Of a DNA stretch of 64,000 nt, positions 45,910-55,348 are shown piece after piece. The stretch comes from Candidatus Caldarchaeum sp. Its GTDB lineage: Archaea; Thermoproteota; Nitrososphaeria_A; Caldarchaeales; Caldarchaeaceae. Every line of letters starts with the position of its first letter. Position 1 is the first letter of the stretch. A model generated the notes under the pieces. The model was not told the DNA's origin. It ran no database searches and saw only the letters and a program-made list of their open reading frames with translations. A program made the position numbers and the translations under genes. The stretch lies in the NCBI GenBank assembly GCA_038885755.1, contig JAVZZH010000001.1:131155-195154 (forward strand), in the 5' to 3' direction.

Positions 45910-48701
45910 CCCACCACCACCCGTATGTACCTCAGCACAGTTATACCCGACTGCTGGTACACCGCACCTAAATATAAGCTATCGCCAGAAACCCAGTGGA
46001 CTATAATCGCCCCGTAGTTTTTCCAAGACTCCGTAAATGACTGGAAAGTCTGTCTAATTTTCTCGAAGTCCCTTTCGACGGTGTAGTTCAGGACCTCGTG
46101 CTTGTAGACTATGTTGGCGTTGACCGTGTCGACGGCTTCGCCTCCCAGCCCGAGCTCCGTCAGCAGCCTTCTGAGGTTTTCAAGCTTGGCTTCACGTGTT
46201 AGGGCGGCGGATGGGGGAGGTGGTTGCTCGCCGAGCAGCTTCAAAAGATAGTTTCGGAAGGCTTCGTCTATTGTATTGCCAAGACCCACGTAGTAAAGGC
46301 CTGTGAACGCAGCGCCCACAACCGCTATGGTTCCGATCTGCGTGACCACTCCCTCACCCTCTCTTGCTGTGTAAACAGGTATGACGTAGACAGGATGGTC
46401 GCCGACCTCGTAGAAGATTGTTTCACCGATTCTGGGTGAGGCTAGCAGGGTGCTTAACGTTCTGAAGGCGGGGTCTCTCTGAAGGGCCTGAAGAGCCGCT
46501 GAGGGGCCTAGGAGCTTGATGGGCGACTCGGGGTCTACCTTGTAGAAGTACATCTCACCCGTGTGGGGATAATCGTTGCGCACAACGGCGTAGCCGGCCA
46601 AGTTAAGCCCCCTAGCCCCCCTCAGCTCGAGCGACAGAATGCCGATGAACTCGAGGTTGTCCATGTTGGGCAGCCTAGCTTGAACGAAGTAGACGTCCAC
46701 GCCTTGAGGAATTTCGTAGAACTCTCGGGCCTGTATGAATATAGCCGGGTCGCTGACGTGGTAGAGGGAGAACTGCCTTATCTGGTATGAGAAGAGCTCT
46801 GCAGGATACCTCAGCTGATTCCCAAGCCACGATGGAACATCCTCCTTCACGTAGTCGGAGTAAACTGTTTTGAACAGCTTGGTGAAAAAGTCGTTGCCCA
46901 GCGTAATCACCTGTATCGAGCCATCGTAGACGTCCACCAGAGCTATGCCGACGAACCTTACGAGAGGGTTCTCCCGAGACCACGGAGTCTTGTCTGTTGG
47001 CAGGGAGATGATGAGCGGCATCATCCAGTAGGTTTTGACGCCGTCGGTCACCGGAAACATGTCCACGTAGTCATTTCCGAAGAAGTATGTGAAGTAGGGG
47101 AAGAGCAGCGATACTCTGTCGTGGACGTCCCGATACCTTAGGAGGGTTATGCTGCGGTCCGGGTAGCTGAGGAAGAAGGTGATGTCGTACAGCCAGCTAA
47201 GCGGGGGCCCTACCACAACTCCGCCCTTGCCGTCGTAGACGGCTCTACCTATCTCGTCGGGCGTTTCCTTCCCCTGTATGATGGCGGCCCATGTCGATGA
47301 GAAGAGGCTTCGGGCTCCACCCTCTCCGTAGTATATTCTCCTCTCCTTGAAGAACTGGGAGCTGTCGACAACTTCCCCCGTGTGGGCGTTGAGCATCAGG
47401 AATCCTTGGGGGATGTGAGTGTAGACGAGATGCATGTTGTACCATAGGTCGGCGCTCGTCACCGTGGCCGGCAGGACGGGTTTCATCGAGGCGCTCCAGT
47501 AGAGCGTGCCGTTGAACCGCAGTATGTCCGAGTCTTCAAAATCTATGTAGGGGATGAGGCCGATCTCGGGCCTGAGTTTGGCGAAGGCTGCGCTCCAGTC
47601 CCACAGCCTTGTTCGTTCAAGTATTTTCATGCTCGACCGGGTGATCGAGTCGACTTCAAACTCCTGTATCTCCATCTTGCTGAAGTTGTAAGGGAGGACC
47701 TTCACGTTCAAATCTGACAAGTATCTGTTGACCGTGATCTCCTGCATCACATAGGGACCTCTGTACTCGATCTTCTGAGCGTCTGCGATTGTGTTCTGAA
47801 CAATCACTATGGAGGCTGTTGACAGAGCGATGATGATAAGCAGCCCCGCTCTGAGGTATATGTTGTTCAACAACCTTCTTCCAGAGTAGTCTAAGTATCC
47901 GTAGAAGGCTAGAACTCCTGAAGCAAGGAAGCATGCGATTATCAGGACACGTGTGTTGTAGTCGATGTAGGTGCTGAAGAAGAGGTTGAAACCGGTCCAC
48001 GCGAGACCCAGCGCAGCGAGGAATTGTATTGTCGAGGCTTTAATTGTTATCATGCCCGTCTCGCCGAAAGAGATCAAGGCTTTTGTGAAAACCTTGACTA
48101 TGTTAGTCAACCCGACTAGAAGCAGCAGCCTCACGCCGATGGCGTTGAATAGAGGAGGTATCAGGAGTATGAGGGCTGGAGAAGACTGGATCACTGCCTC
48201 TGCGCCAGTTGTCTCGCCGGGCTTGAAGGATGTGAAGGGAAGTAGGAAGATTCGGTATATCTCGCCCATGCCTGTCTCCCAGCCGTTTAGCCAAGCTAGG
48301 AAAGACATGCCGAAAACGCTGTTTGAAAACAGGAAGGTTCCGAGCAGGAGCTTCGTCAACTGCCATGCTGTGAAGGTCTGAACCGAGAGGCGCAACCTTT
48401 CGAAGTCAAGCATTCTGGTTGAAAAACCACCACGGAGCATGATGAGTAATGATCGTAGCGCCCATATCGTCGCCGATTTCCTCGACCTGAAATCCAGCCT
48501 GAACAACGCTATGAACGAGAGCACGAGGCCTCCCACGATTGAGAAGTAGAATGGTCTTATGAAGAGGTCTCCGAACTCGACGATGTTTAGGTAGACGTTC
48601 AGGAATGAGCTTCCCGCCAGACCGACCAGAAGGAACGCCACCAAAGCAACGGCCAACACCGCTGCAAACCTCGTCCTTCTACCCCTAGACACGTACACCA
48701 A
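45906..48701 (-). CDS. UPF0182-family large membrane protein (931 aa)
   Basis: About 7 N-terminal TM helices precede a large soluble domain with DMFPVTDGVKTYWMMPLI and HPVYVIPVYTA-type motifs that I recall from UPF0182 (COG1615). Confidence 0.65.
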   Translation of the reverse strand: MVYVSRGRRTRFAAVLAVALVAFLLVGLAGSSFLNVYLNIVEFGDLFIRPFYFSIVGGLVLSFIALFRLDFRSRKSATIWALRSLLIMLRGGFSTRMLDFERLRLSVQTFTAWQLTKLLLGTFLFSNSVFGMSFLAWLNGWETGMGEIYRIFLLPFTSFKPGETTGAEAVIQSSPALILLIPPLFNAIGVRLLLLVGLTNIVKVFTKALISFGETGMITIKASTIQFLAALGLAWTGFNLFFSTYIDYNTRVLIIACFLASGVLAFYGYLDYSGRRLLNNIYLRAGLLIIIALSTASIVIVQNTIADAQKIEYRGPYVMQEITVNRYLSDLNVKVLPYNFSKMEIQEFEVDSITRSSMKILERTRLWDWSAAFAKLRPEIGLIPYIDFEDSDILRFNGTLYWSASMKPVLPATVTSADLWYNMHLVYTHIPQGFLMLNAHTGEVVDSSQFFKERRIYYGEGGARSLFSSTWAAIIQGKETPDEIGRAVYDGKGGVVVGPPLSWLYDITFFLSYPDRSITLLRYRDVHDRVSLLFPYFTYFFGNDYVDMFPVTDGVKTYWMMPLIISLPTDKTPWSRENPLVRFVGIALVDVYDGSIQVITLGNDFFTKLFKTVYSDYVKEDVPSWLGNQLRYPAELFSYQIRQFSLYHVSDPAIFIQAREFYEIPQGVDVYFVQARLPNMDNLEFIGILSLELRGARGLNLAGYAVVRNDYPHTGEMYFYKVDPESPIKLLGPSAALQALQRDPAFRTLSTLLASPRIGETIFYEVGDHPVYVIPVYTAREGEGVVTQIGTIAVVGAAFTGLYYVGLGNTIDEAFRNYLLKLLGEQPPPPSAALTREAKLENLRRLLTELGLGGEAVDTVNANIVYKHEVLNYTVERDFEKIRQTFQSFTESWKNYGAIIVHWVSGDSLYLGAVYQQSGITVLRYIRVVVG

Positions 48702-48758
48702 ATCTAGACACTGGGAAGAGGGTCGAACGGCGTGTATTATAGCTTATTCCAAATCAGG

Positions 48759-50330
48759 CTAGTATTCCAACCCTTTCCGCGACCCTAGGTAGACCGCAAA
48801 AGCTAGGGCTGGGATCATTAACGACGCTGCAAGCATGTTCTCCAGCGGAATCGTCGGCTGAGGCTGCCTCATCACCTCGTTAAGGTATGCGACGTAGTCC
48901 GATAGCCATCTATCGGACACGGCCGACGCTCCTGTTAAAACCTGCCAGCCGACCAAGACCGTCGGCGTCGAGAGGCTCGGTAAAAACCCGTAGGTGCCTG
49001 CTGGAAAAGCCGCTACAACGAGTGTTAGGCAGGCGGCGGCTAGGCCGGCGGGCTTGTTCACGGCGGTTAGCCTAGCTAGGCTGTATGCTGAAAGGCATGC
49101 GAGCGCTGGTACTGCCTGAGCTAGAAACCTGTATTCGAAGTGTGTGAAGAAGAAGACATAGGGTATGGAGACTCCTCCCCAGATGACGAAGGGCCTTGCT
49201 TCGACGACTCGGTTTTTCAACACGAGCACGCCGCCCAGCAGAGACAGGGCTAGGATCGGCGTCGTCAGAAGCTGGGGGGTTGTGCTAGCCCAGACCGACG
49301 CCCGCTCGAAGGCGCCCAACCCGGTGCGGGCTATGTCGTTCCTAACCATGATGGAGTGAGCGACAGGTCTTGACAACACCCCCCTCCCAGCTATCTGGTA
49401 CTCATCCCCGAGCCTCACGTTGTCGAGAAAATACGGGTAAAGGACGATGATGCACAACACAACAGCTAGTAGTATGTCGAAGAATCTCTCCTCGATGCTC
49501 GGCCTGCGGGATACGAGGTTTTTCTGCTCAGCTATCTTGTACACAGCCAGCGTTGCGAACAACGCTACAAACGTGATGAAAACAGGGAACACTCTGTCTA
49601 GCAAAACAACTGTTGCGATGTCGGACAAGTATTGGAGAAACACTTCCTGGGTGAGTGAGACGGCGAGGTAGGCTGTCAAGCCTAGAGGGACGAGTGCCAG
49701 GACTTTGAGAAGCCTCGAAGTCTTTGCAACCCAGATGAGAAACAACGCCAAGACAGGTATGAGGAGGAGGTTCTGGTCCCTCGCCAGTATGGCGGCTGAC
49801 ATGAGGATTCCTGAAAGCCACATGTAAGGACCGTACCTCAGGCCTAGGGAGAAGCACGCCAGCGTTAGGAAAGCTAGGATAGAGCCCAGCGAGTCTGTCA
49901 GGATGTAGGAGGTTGTCAGGACGAAGTAGTCATGCACAACCAGAATCAGTGCGGTGAGGAGGCCTGTCAAAGAACTCTTGAAGACCTTTGAAGTCAGGAG
50001 GAAGACGGCCACGACGCCGGCCGACGCCGTCAAAGGTGATATCAGCCTAGCTGTCTCGACCGGCAGGCCCGCCGTGTAAAGCAGGGCGAGAAGCCACCAG
50101 AAAAGCGGAGGCCTCTCCTCGGCGTAGGGCCCCATTGCCTGGCTTGGTTCTATCCGGCCGCTGGCTATGAGGGCGTTGTTGATGTAGGCTTTGTCGTCCC
50201 AGAACGGGGCTTCATTAACCAATGCTGGCGGCAGATATGTGAGGAGGGCGGCGGCGAAGACAACTATAGAAAGGTGTGCATGACGTGTTTTAGATGTTTG
50301 AATCGCTTTTTCCACCATGGCGGAAAACAA
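48759..50330 (-). CDS. GT-C fold glycosyltransferase (PMT_2/ArnT, family 39-like)
   Basis: About 12 TM segments, with the ERPPLFWWLLAL motif typical of ArnT/PMT-like enzymes. Confidence 0.7.
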   Translation of the reverse strand: MFSAMVEKAIQTSKTRHAHLSIVVFAAALLTYLPPALVNEAPFWDDKAYINNALIASGRIEPSQAMGPYAEERPPLFWWLLALLYTAGLPVETARLISPLTASAGVVAVFLLTSKVFKSSLTGLLTALILVVHDYFVLTTSYILTDSLGSILAFLTLACFSLGLRYGPYMWLSGILMSAAILARDQNLLLIPVLALFLIWVAKTSRLLKVLALVPLGLTAYLAVSLTQEVFLQYLSDIATVVLLDRVFPVFITFVALFATLAVYKIAEQKNLVSRRPSIEERFFDILLAVVLCIIVLYPYFLDNVRLGDEYQIAGRGVLSRPVAHSIMVRNDIARTGLGAFERASVWASTTPQLLTTPILALSLLGGVLVLKNRVVEARPFVIWGGVSIPYVFFFTHFEYRFLAQAVPALACLSAYSLARLTAVNKPAGLAAACLTLVVAAFPAGTYGFLPSLSTPTVLVGWQVLTGASAVSDRWLSDYVAYLNEVMRQPQPTIPLENMLAASLMIPALAFAVYLGSRKGLEY

Positions 50331-50369
50331 AAATTACCCCGACAATGTGCTTGGCTTTCAGCCGTTCGG

Positions 50370-50795
50370 TCATGGATATTTACCGCAGTTGTAGCAGTAC
50401 CACCGCTGGTATTGTTCAATCCATGTTAGTTCTTTACCGCATGTTGGACAGGCTGACTTCTCTTTACGGCCTATGGGTAGCTTCGAGGCCACGGACGAGA
50501 GCAGCCCGCCCCGCGGCTGCTGAACCATGGGATGGGCTACAGGAGGCGTGTATGGGGTGGCAGGCGGTGCCTCAGGCTGTTTAAGCTCTATCTTCTCCTT
50601 TAAAATAACTATGTCGCCTGCAGCACCAACCATGCTCCATGGAATCCGTTCGACAATGTTAAACTTCGACATCACCTGAAGGCTTATCTCACCCCCTCCC
50701 ACGGGAAGCTCAACATCCGAGACAGTACCCACCAGCGAGCCGTCTGGGTTGTAAACCTGCATCCCGATAAGTTTACCGCGCGGTATAGAGGACAA
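50370..50795 (-). CDS. PRC-barrel domain protein with Pro-rich linker and C-terminal zinc ribbon
   Basis: GKLIGMQVYNPDGSLVGTVSDVEL...DIVILK matches a PRC barrel. The ribbon is CPTCGKELTWIEQYQRWYCYNCGKY. Confidence 0.7.
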   Translation of the reverse strand: MSSIPRGKLIGMQVYNPDGSLVGTVSDVELPVGGGEISLQVMSKFNIVERIPWSMVGAAGDIVILKEKIELKQPEAPPATPYTPPVAHPMVQQPRGGLLSSVASKLPIGRKEKSACPTCGKELTWIEQYQRWYCYNCGKYP

Positions 50796-50868
50796 AACCG
50801 CTCGGACGAATATTTTATTGGTTAGATTTAGGTGTTTCTCAGACGACGCCGATAGACATGTCAGCAGA

Positions 50869-53244
50869 CTAAATGCCGCCGCTATTCTTTGGCTGTTGCT
50901 TGACGGCTCTAAAGATTTTCTCGGGCTTCAACGGCGTGTCTAAATGTGTTATTCCGAGGTGTTTGAGAGCGTCTATGATGGCGTTGGCGACAGCTGGCGT
51001 GGCTGCTATTGTTCCCGCCTCACCTATTCCCTTAACTCCTAGTGGGTTGTGGGGCGATGGTGTGACGGTTGCGTCGGCGCGGATTGTTGGAATCTCATTA
51101 GCGGTGGGTACTAGGTATTCGTTCAAGTCGCCTGTGAGAAGGCTGCCCTGCTGGTCGTAAACGGCTTCTTCATAGAGCGCCTGCGCCAGTCCCTGCACTA
51201 TTCCGCCGTGAATCTGTCCCTCTACTATCATGGGGTTTATTCTTGTCCCGCAGTCGTCTACAGCGACGTAATCGAGTATTTTGACGGAGCCTGTCTCAGG
51301 GTCGATTTCCACGGTGCAGACATGTGTTCCGAAGGGGAATGTGAAGTTTGGCGGGTCGTAGAAGACGGTTGCCTCGAGCCCGGGCTCTAGCCCCGCTGGC
51401 AGCTCGTTTGAGCCTGCTGCGTAGCTGGCGTAGGCGACTTCTCCGAAAGACTTGCTCTTCTCCGGCATGCCTTTTACGTAGAACTTTCCACCGCTGTATT
51501 CTATGTCTTTTTCACCTGCCTCGAGAAGATGGGCTGCTATCTTGACTGCTTTTTCGAGGACTTTGCCGCATGCTATGGCTATGGAGGCTCCAGCCACGGG
51601 AGTTGTCCTGCTACCGTAGGTTCCCATCCCGAAAGGCATCATTGCCGTGTCGCCGTGAAGTATTTCAACATCGTCTATGGGTATTTGCAGCCGGTCGGCT
51701 ACTATCTGGGCGAAAGTCGTCTCCTCGCCTTGGCCGTGTGGATGACCGCCGATGTATACCGAAACCTTACCCGTGGGATGCACTCTGACAATTGTGCTCT
51801 CCCACAACCCCAACCCGAAGCCCGTTGCCCTAGCAACCGAAGAGGGCCCCATGCCGCATATCTCAACATATGAAGAAATGCCTATACCTATGAGCTTCCC
51901 CCTCCTATGAAGCTCTTGTTGGCTCTTTCTCTTGTTCCAGTAGTCTGCGAGCTCCAGCGCCTTGACAAAGGCTTTTTCATAGTCTCCGCTGTCGTATGTA
52001 ATGCCTATAGGCTTGGCGCTGTATGGAAACTCGCTGGAACGAACAAAGTTTAGGCGTCTAACTTCCGCAGGGTCTTTACCTATTTTCATCGCAAGAATAT
52101 CCATTATTCTTTCCAGAAGATATGTTGCCTCAGGTCTTCCAGCTCCCCTGTAAGCGTCGACGGGCGCTGTGTTGGTCAACGCTCCGACCACTTCTACATC
52201 GACTGCGGGAACTTTGTAGGGCCCGCTGAGCATGGGGCCGAAGAGAATCGTAGGAATTCCAGGGGCCGCCGTCGAGAGATAAGCACCCATGTTGGCGTAG
52301 ACTTTTGCCCTGATGCCTAAAAGCCTGCCCTCCTTGTCGGCGGCAACATCAACATATTGCACGTGGTCGCGTCCGTGTATTGTTGCCTTGAAGTTCTCGC
52401 TTCTGCTCTCCCACCATTTGACGGGCCGTCTCAACTTCTTGGACAGATAGAGTAAGACGGCCTCGGGCCCATAGCAGTGTATTTTTGACCCGAACCCGCC
52501 TCCGACGTCAAGCGATATAACTCTGAGCTTGTGTTCTGGATGGCCGGTCATAGCTGACAGCAGAAGCCTATGCACGTGAGGGTTCTGTGAAGTAATCCAT
52601 ACTGTTGCGTCGCCGGTTGTTGTGTTGTAATCTGCCAGAACGGCTCTCGTCTCTAAAGGCGTTGGCTGGAGCCTGCTGTTGATAATCCTTTGGGTGAACG
52701 CGACGTCGGCTTTCGAGAAAGCGTTCTCGACATCTCCTCCCGAAGCCTTCCACGTGAAGGCCTTGTTGTCTGGGATGTCGTCATAGAGCCGTGGAGCGTT
52801 CTGCTTTACGGCTTCCTCGGGGTTTATGACGCAGGGTAAAACATCGTATTCAACGTTCACAAGCTCCGCAGCATCAAACGCGGCCTCATACGACTCGGCT
52901 ACAACCACCGCTACAGGGTCTCCGACATACCTCACCTTGTCAACTGCGAGCGGCATGTATCTTGGAATCTTAAGGTTTGAGCCGGGGATCTGCCAAGCAC
53001 AGGGAACAGGACCCACGTAATCTCTTATATCGTCGCCGGTAACCACGTCCAGCACGCCTTCAGCATTCCGGGCCTTTGAGACGTCAACACTCTTTATTCG
53101 TGCGTGGGCATAAAGACTGCGGATAAAAACGGCGTAGACCATGGAGGGCAGCTTCAGGTTCGCTGTGAACCTGCCCCTACCAGTTAAAAACCTCGGGTCC
53201 TCCCTGCGTTTTACGCTGGCTCCGAATAACCTAGTTACAGCCAT
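50869..53244 (-). CDS. Molybdopterin-binding xanthine dehydrogenase/CoxL-family large subunit (form II-like AYRGAGR motif)
   Basis: Contains VDAYRGAGRPEA, an a/b-hammerhead N-terminus, and is 791 aa long. No CoxM or CoxS genes are adjacent. Confidence 0.85.
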   Translation of the reverse strand: MAVTRLFGASVKRREDPRFLTGRGRFTANLKLPSMVYAVFIRSLYAHARIKSVDVSKARNAEGVLDVVTGDDIRDYVGPVPCAWQIPGSNLKIPRYMPLAVDKVRYVGDPVAVVVAESYEAAFDAAELVNVEYDVLPCVINPEEAVKQNAPRLYDDIPDNKAFTWKASGGDVENAFSKADVAFTQRIINSRLQPTPLETRAVLADYNTTTGDATVWITSQNPHVHRLLLSAMTGHPEHKLRVISLDVGGGFGSKIHCYGPEAVLLYLSKKLRRPVKWWESRSENFKATIHGRDHVQYVDVAADKEGRLLGIRAKVYANMGAYLSTAAPGIPTILFGPMLSGPYKVPAVDVEVVGALTNTAPVDAYRGAGRPEATYLLERIMDILAMKIGKDPAEVRRLNFVRSSEFPYSAKPIGITYDSGDYEKAFVKALELADYWNKRKSQQELHRRGKLIGIGISSYVEICGMGPSSVARATGFGLGLWESTIVRVHPTGKVSVYIGGHPHGQGEETTFAQIVADRLQIPIDDVEILHGDTAMMPFGMGTYGSRTTPVAGASIAIACGKVLEKAVKIAAHLLEAGEKDIEYSGGKFYVKGMPEKSKSFGEVAYASYAAGSNELPAGLEPGLEATVFYDPPNFTFPFGTHVCTVEIDPETGSVKILDYVAVDDCGTRINPMIVEGQIHGGIVQGLAQALYEEAVYDQQGSLLTGDLNEYLVPTANEIPTIRADATVTPSPHNPLGVKGIGEAGTIAATPAVANAIIDALKHLGITHLDTPLKPEKIFRAVKQQPKNSGGI

Positions 53245-53311
53245 CGTTCGGGCAAATGCTGTACCATAAATATAAACTTTAATGATTTTAATGCTAAAAC
53301 AGCAAAACTCC

Positions 53312-53893
53312 TTAGATTGTTAGAAAAGATAATAGGGGAACAGTCATGTTGTCGTCTATTCTCCCAAACTCAAATTTTTCAACCATAGACGCAACAGCCC
53401 CAGAAACAACTCCCGCCACACCCAGCATCTCAAACCCCGTCGACGCACAGAACAGGGCCATGGCAAGTCGCCCCACCATGACTTCGTCATTCTACGGTAG
53501 AGCAAGTTCCTCACCAGCCCTGTTATACCGCCGCCAGCGCTCATGAAAAGGATGGGTAGGATGGCGAATTTCAGGATTTCAAGAACGAACCCAAGCGCCA
53601 TGATAGACTTCAAACATGTTCTCCTCAACTTGGTAAGAGTTTACCACGTTTGTGGGGTATGTAATTGTCCACAGCTGAGACCGCGACCAATACCATTACA
53701 AGCAAGAGGTTGTTGAGCAGGTATGACACCAGAGCAGCCACAAGACCCCAGCCAGTATGTGGATAATCTTCCTGTCGTAGTAAACAGCCACCTGATGTTC
53801 AACACCTTTCCTAACCAATACCTCGTAAACTTTCTGGTTAGGAAAAGTCTCACGAGCAAAAACCCATGCAAACAACCCTATTGTTGCCGCCAC
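53312..53893 (-). pseudogene. Dolichol/phytol kinase-like (CTP-dependent polyprenol kinase family) membrane protein with at least 3 frameshifts
   Basis: Four consecutive minus-strand segments in different frames look like coding sequence: MAATIGLFAWVF.., VSYLLNNLLLVMVLVAVSAVD.., ALGFVLEILKFAILPILFMSAGGGITG.. and TKSWWG/RLAMALFCAS...VEKFEFGRIDDNMTVPLL. One shift lies in a GGGG run. Confidence 0.4.
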
Positions 53894-53976
53894 CTCGTTG
53901 AATGAGGCCGCTATTTTCAGTCAGACCTTTTTCAAACCGCATAAACAAATATTCAACAATACTAGGTGTAGATAGC

Positions 53977-54270
53977 ATGGAGATCAAGGCAGCGCAAAAG
54001 CATCTTGAAGAGGTTTACGGTATGAGGGACAGAATACGCGGTGTCGACAAAACCCTCGCATGGCTTGTTTCCGAGGTTGGAGAACTGGCGGAAGCAATAG
54101 CGCATAATCTCAGCCATGAAAGGGTTCGTGAGGAGGCGGCCGACGTCGTCGCATGGCTTCTCAGCCTATGCAACATTACATCCATTGACTTGGAGGAGGC
54201 TTTTCTGCATAAATACGGGTCCGGATGTCCGCGTTGTAGCTCAAAGCCATGTGTTTGCCCGATGGTTTAA
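53977..54270 (+). CDS. MazG-like nucleotide pyrophosphohydrolase domain protein
   Basis: WLVSEVGELAEAI...REEAADVVAWLLSLCN is the EExxE/D MazG pattern. The start is set at MEIKAAQKHL. Confidence 0.65.
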   Translation: MEIKAAQKHLEEVYGMRDRIRGVDKTLAWLVSEVGELAEAIAHNLSHERVREEAADVVAWLLSLCNITSIDLEEAFLHKYGSGCPRCSSKPCVCPMV

Positions 54271-54500
54271 CGCTTTCTTTGCCGTATCTCTTCCTCGATC
54301 TCCTCGAGGGTTTTGCCTGTAACGTCTATGCCAAGCTCACGAGCCTTCTCCAAAACTTCCTCACGTTTAGAAGCTTTCTCAAACTCTCTCTTCGCCTCTC
54401 CCAGGGATTTGGCCAGCTTGGGCAGCTTGCCCGGAAGGATGTAGATGGCTATCAGTATGATGGCCGCTATTATCGCAATCTCCGTTAACGAGAACGCCAT
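54267..54500 (-). CDS. tatA: Sec-independent translocase protein TatA/E
   Basis: MAFSLTEIAIIAAIILIAIYILPGKLPKLAKSLGEAKREFEKA has the TatA TM helix followed by an amphipathic helix. Confidence 0.75.
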   Translation of the reverse strand: MAFSLTEIAIIAAIILIAIYILPGKLPKLAKSLGEAKREFEKASKREEVLEKARELGIDVTGKTLEEIEEEIRQRKR

Positions 54501-54555
54501 GTCATAACGTCTCCACAGCAAGACTTAAAGGTTTAGACGGTGTTGGGAAAGCATG

Positions 54556-54629
54556 GGGCCGGTGGTCTAGCCTGGTATGACGCCGCCCTCACACGGCGGA
54601 GGTCGGCGGTTCGAGTCCGCCCCGGCCCA
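54556..54629 (+). tRNA. tRNA-Val (anticodon CAC)
   Basis: Acceptor GGGCCGG/CCGGCCC, anticodon arm CCGCC-CUCACAC-GGCGG, T arm GGCGG-UUCGAGU-CCGCC, discriminator A. Confidence 0.9.
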
Positions 54630-54912
54630 CGGCTTCTGACTGGGATGGGCTGGTTCACGGCAACACTCTCAACTGTCTTCATGCCGTGTTAAGACCGTGG
54701 AGCAGGCTGTGGAGGAAGCCGTCGTAAAGCGCAGTAAACATGATGCTGCCAAACTACACCTACAGGTCTCTGAATGCTAGCATCGGCATGACTCATAAAC
54801 GCTCATCCTACGGCTACCTCCCAACATCCTTTCTCAATCCTCAAGACGCGGCGAGACAACGGCGACAACTGCCCGAAATGCAGCAGAACCCTGAGACGGA
54901 TGTGGCGTTATC

Positions 54913-55015
54913 CGGGCCCGGTGGGACTTGAACCCACGGCCTCCGGCTCCGCAGGCCGACGCTGTAGGAACAGGTGGCTACCGAGTTCTCTCTATCCATT
55001 CTGAGCTACGGGCCC
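54913..55015 (-). tRNA. tRNA-Arg (anticodon GCG) with one non-canonical intron of about 28 nt between the D arm and anticodon stem
   Basis: The exons give a 75-nt cloverleaf: GGGCCCG-UA-GCUC-AGAAUGGAUA-GAG|C-G-UCGGC-CUGCGGA-GCCGG-AGGCC-GUGGG-UUCAAGU-CCCAC-CGGGCCC-G. The intron is about 54962-54989, with junctions uncertain by a few nt. Confidence 0.8.
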
Positions 55016-55036
55016 GTCTGTAGGAATCTGCTCCGG

Positions 55037-55044
55037 TTTATAAA
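55037..55044 (-). promoter_or_regulatory. TATA box of tRNA-Arg(GCG)
   Basis: TTTATAAA is centred about 25 nt upstream of the tRNA 5' end (55015). Confidence 0.5.
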
Positions 55045-55348
55045 TCATTAAACAGCGGGGCTCTAAGCCAGAGAAGACAAGGCTGTAGGGATGGTTTTGT
55101 CGAGGGGCTCTATGAACCCAGCCTCCTCGCTGGCGAAAGAACAGAGCTAGGTTGTGGTAGCCTGCTTCCGGGTTGAGGGCAGCCGTCTCATGGTTCTGCC
55201 GGGCAGAAGCAGCAGTTTGCACCGTGAGGTTCCAGCCGGCAGCGGAGCACGGCTTTGAAGAATGAACATCTCATCATCCTCTCTGCCACTGCTTTATCTT
55301 CAAGCAGTTTACACAAGCACCCACCGCAGAACAACTTGATGGTCTATC

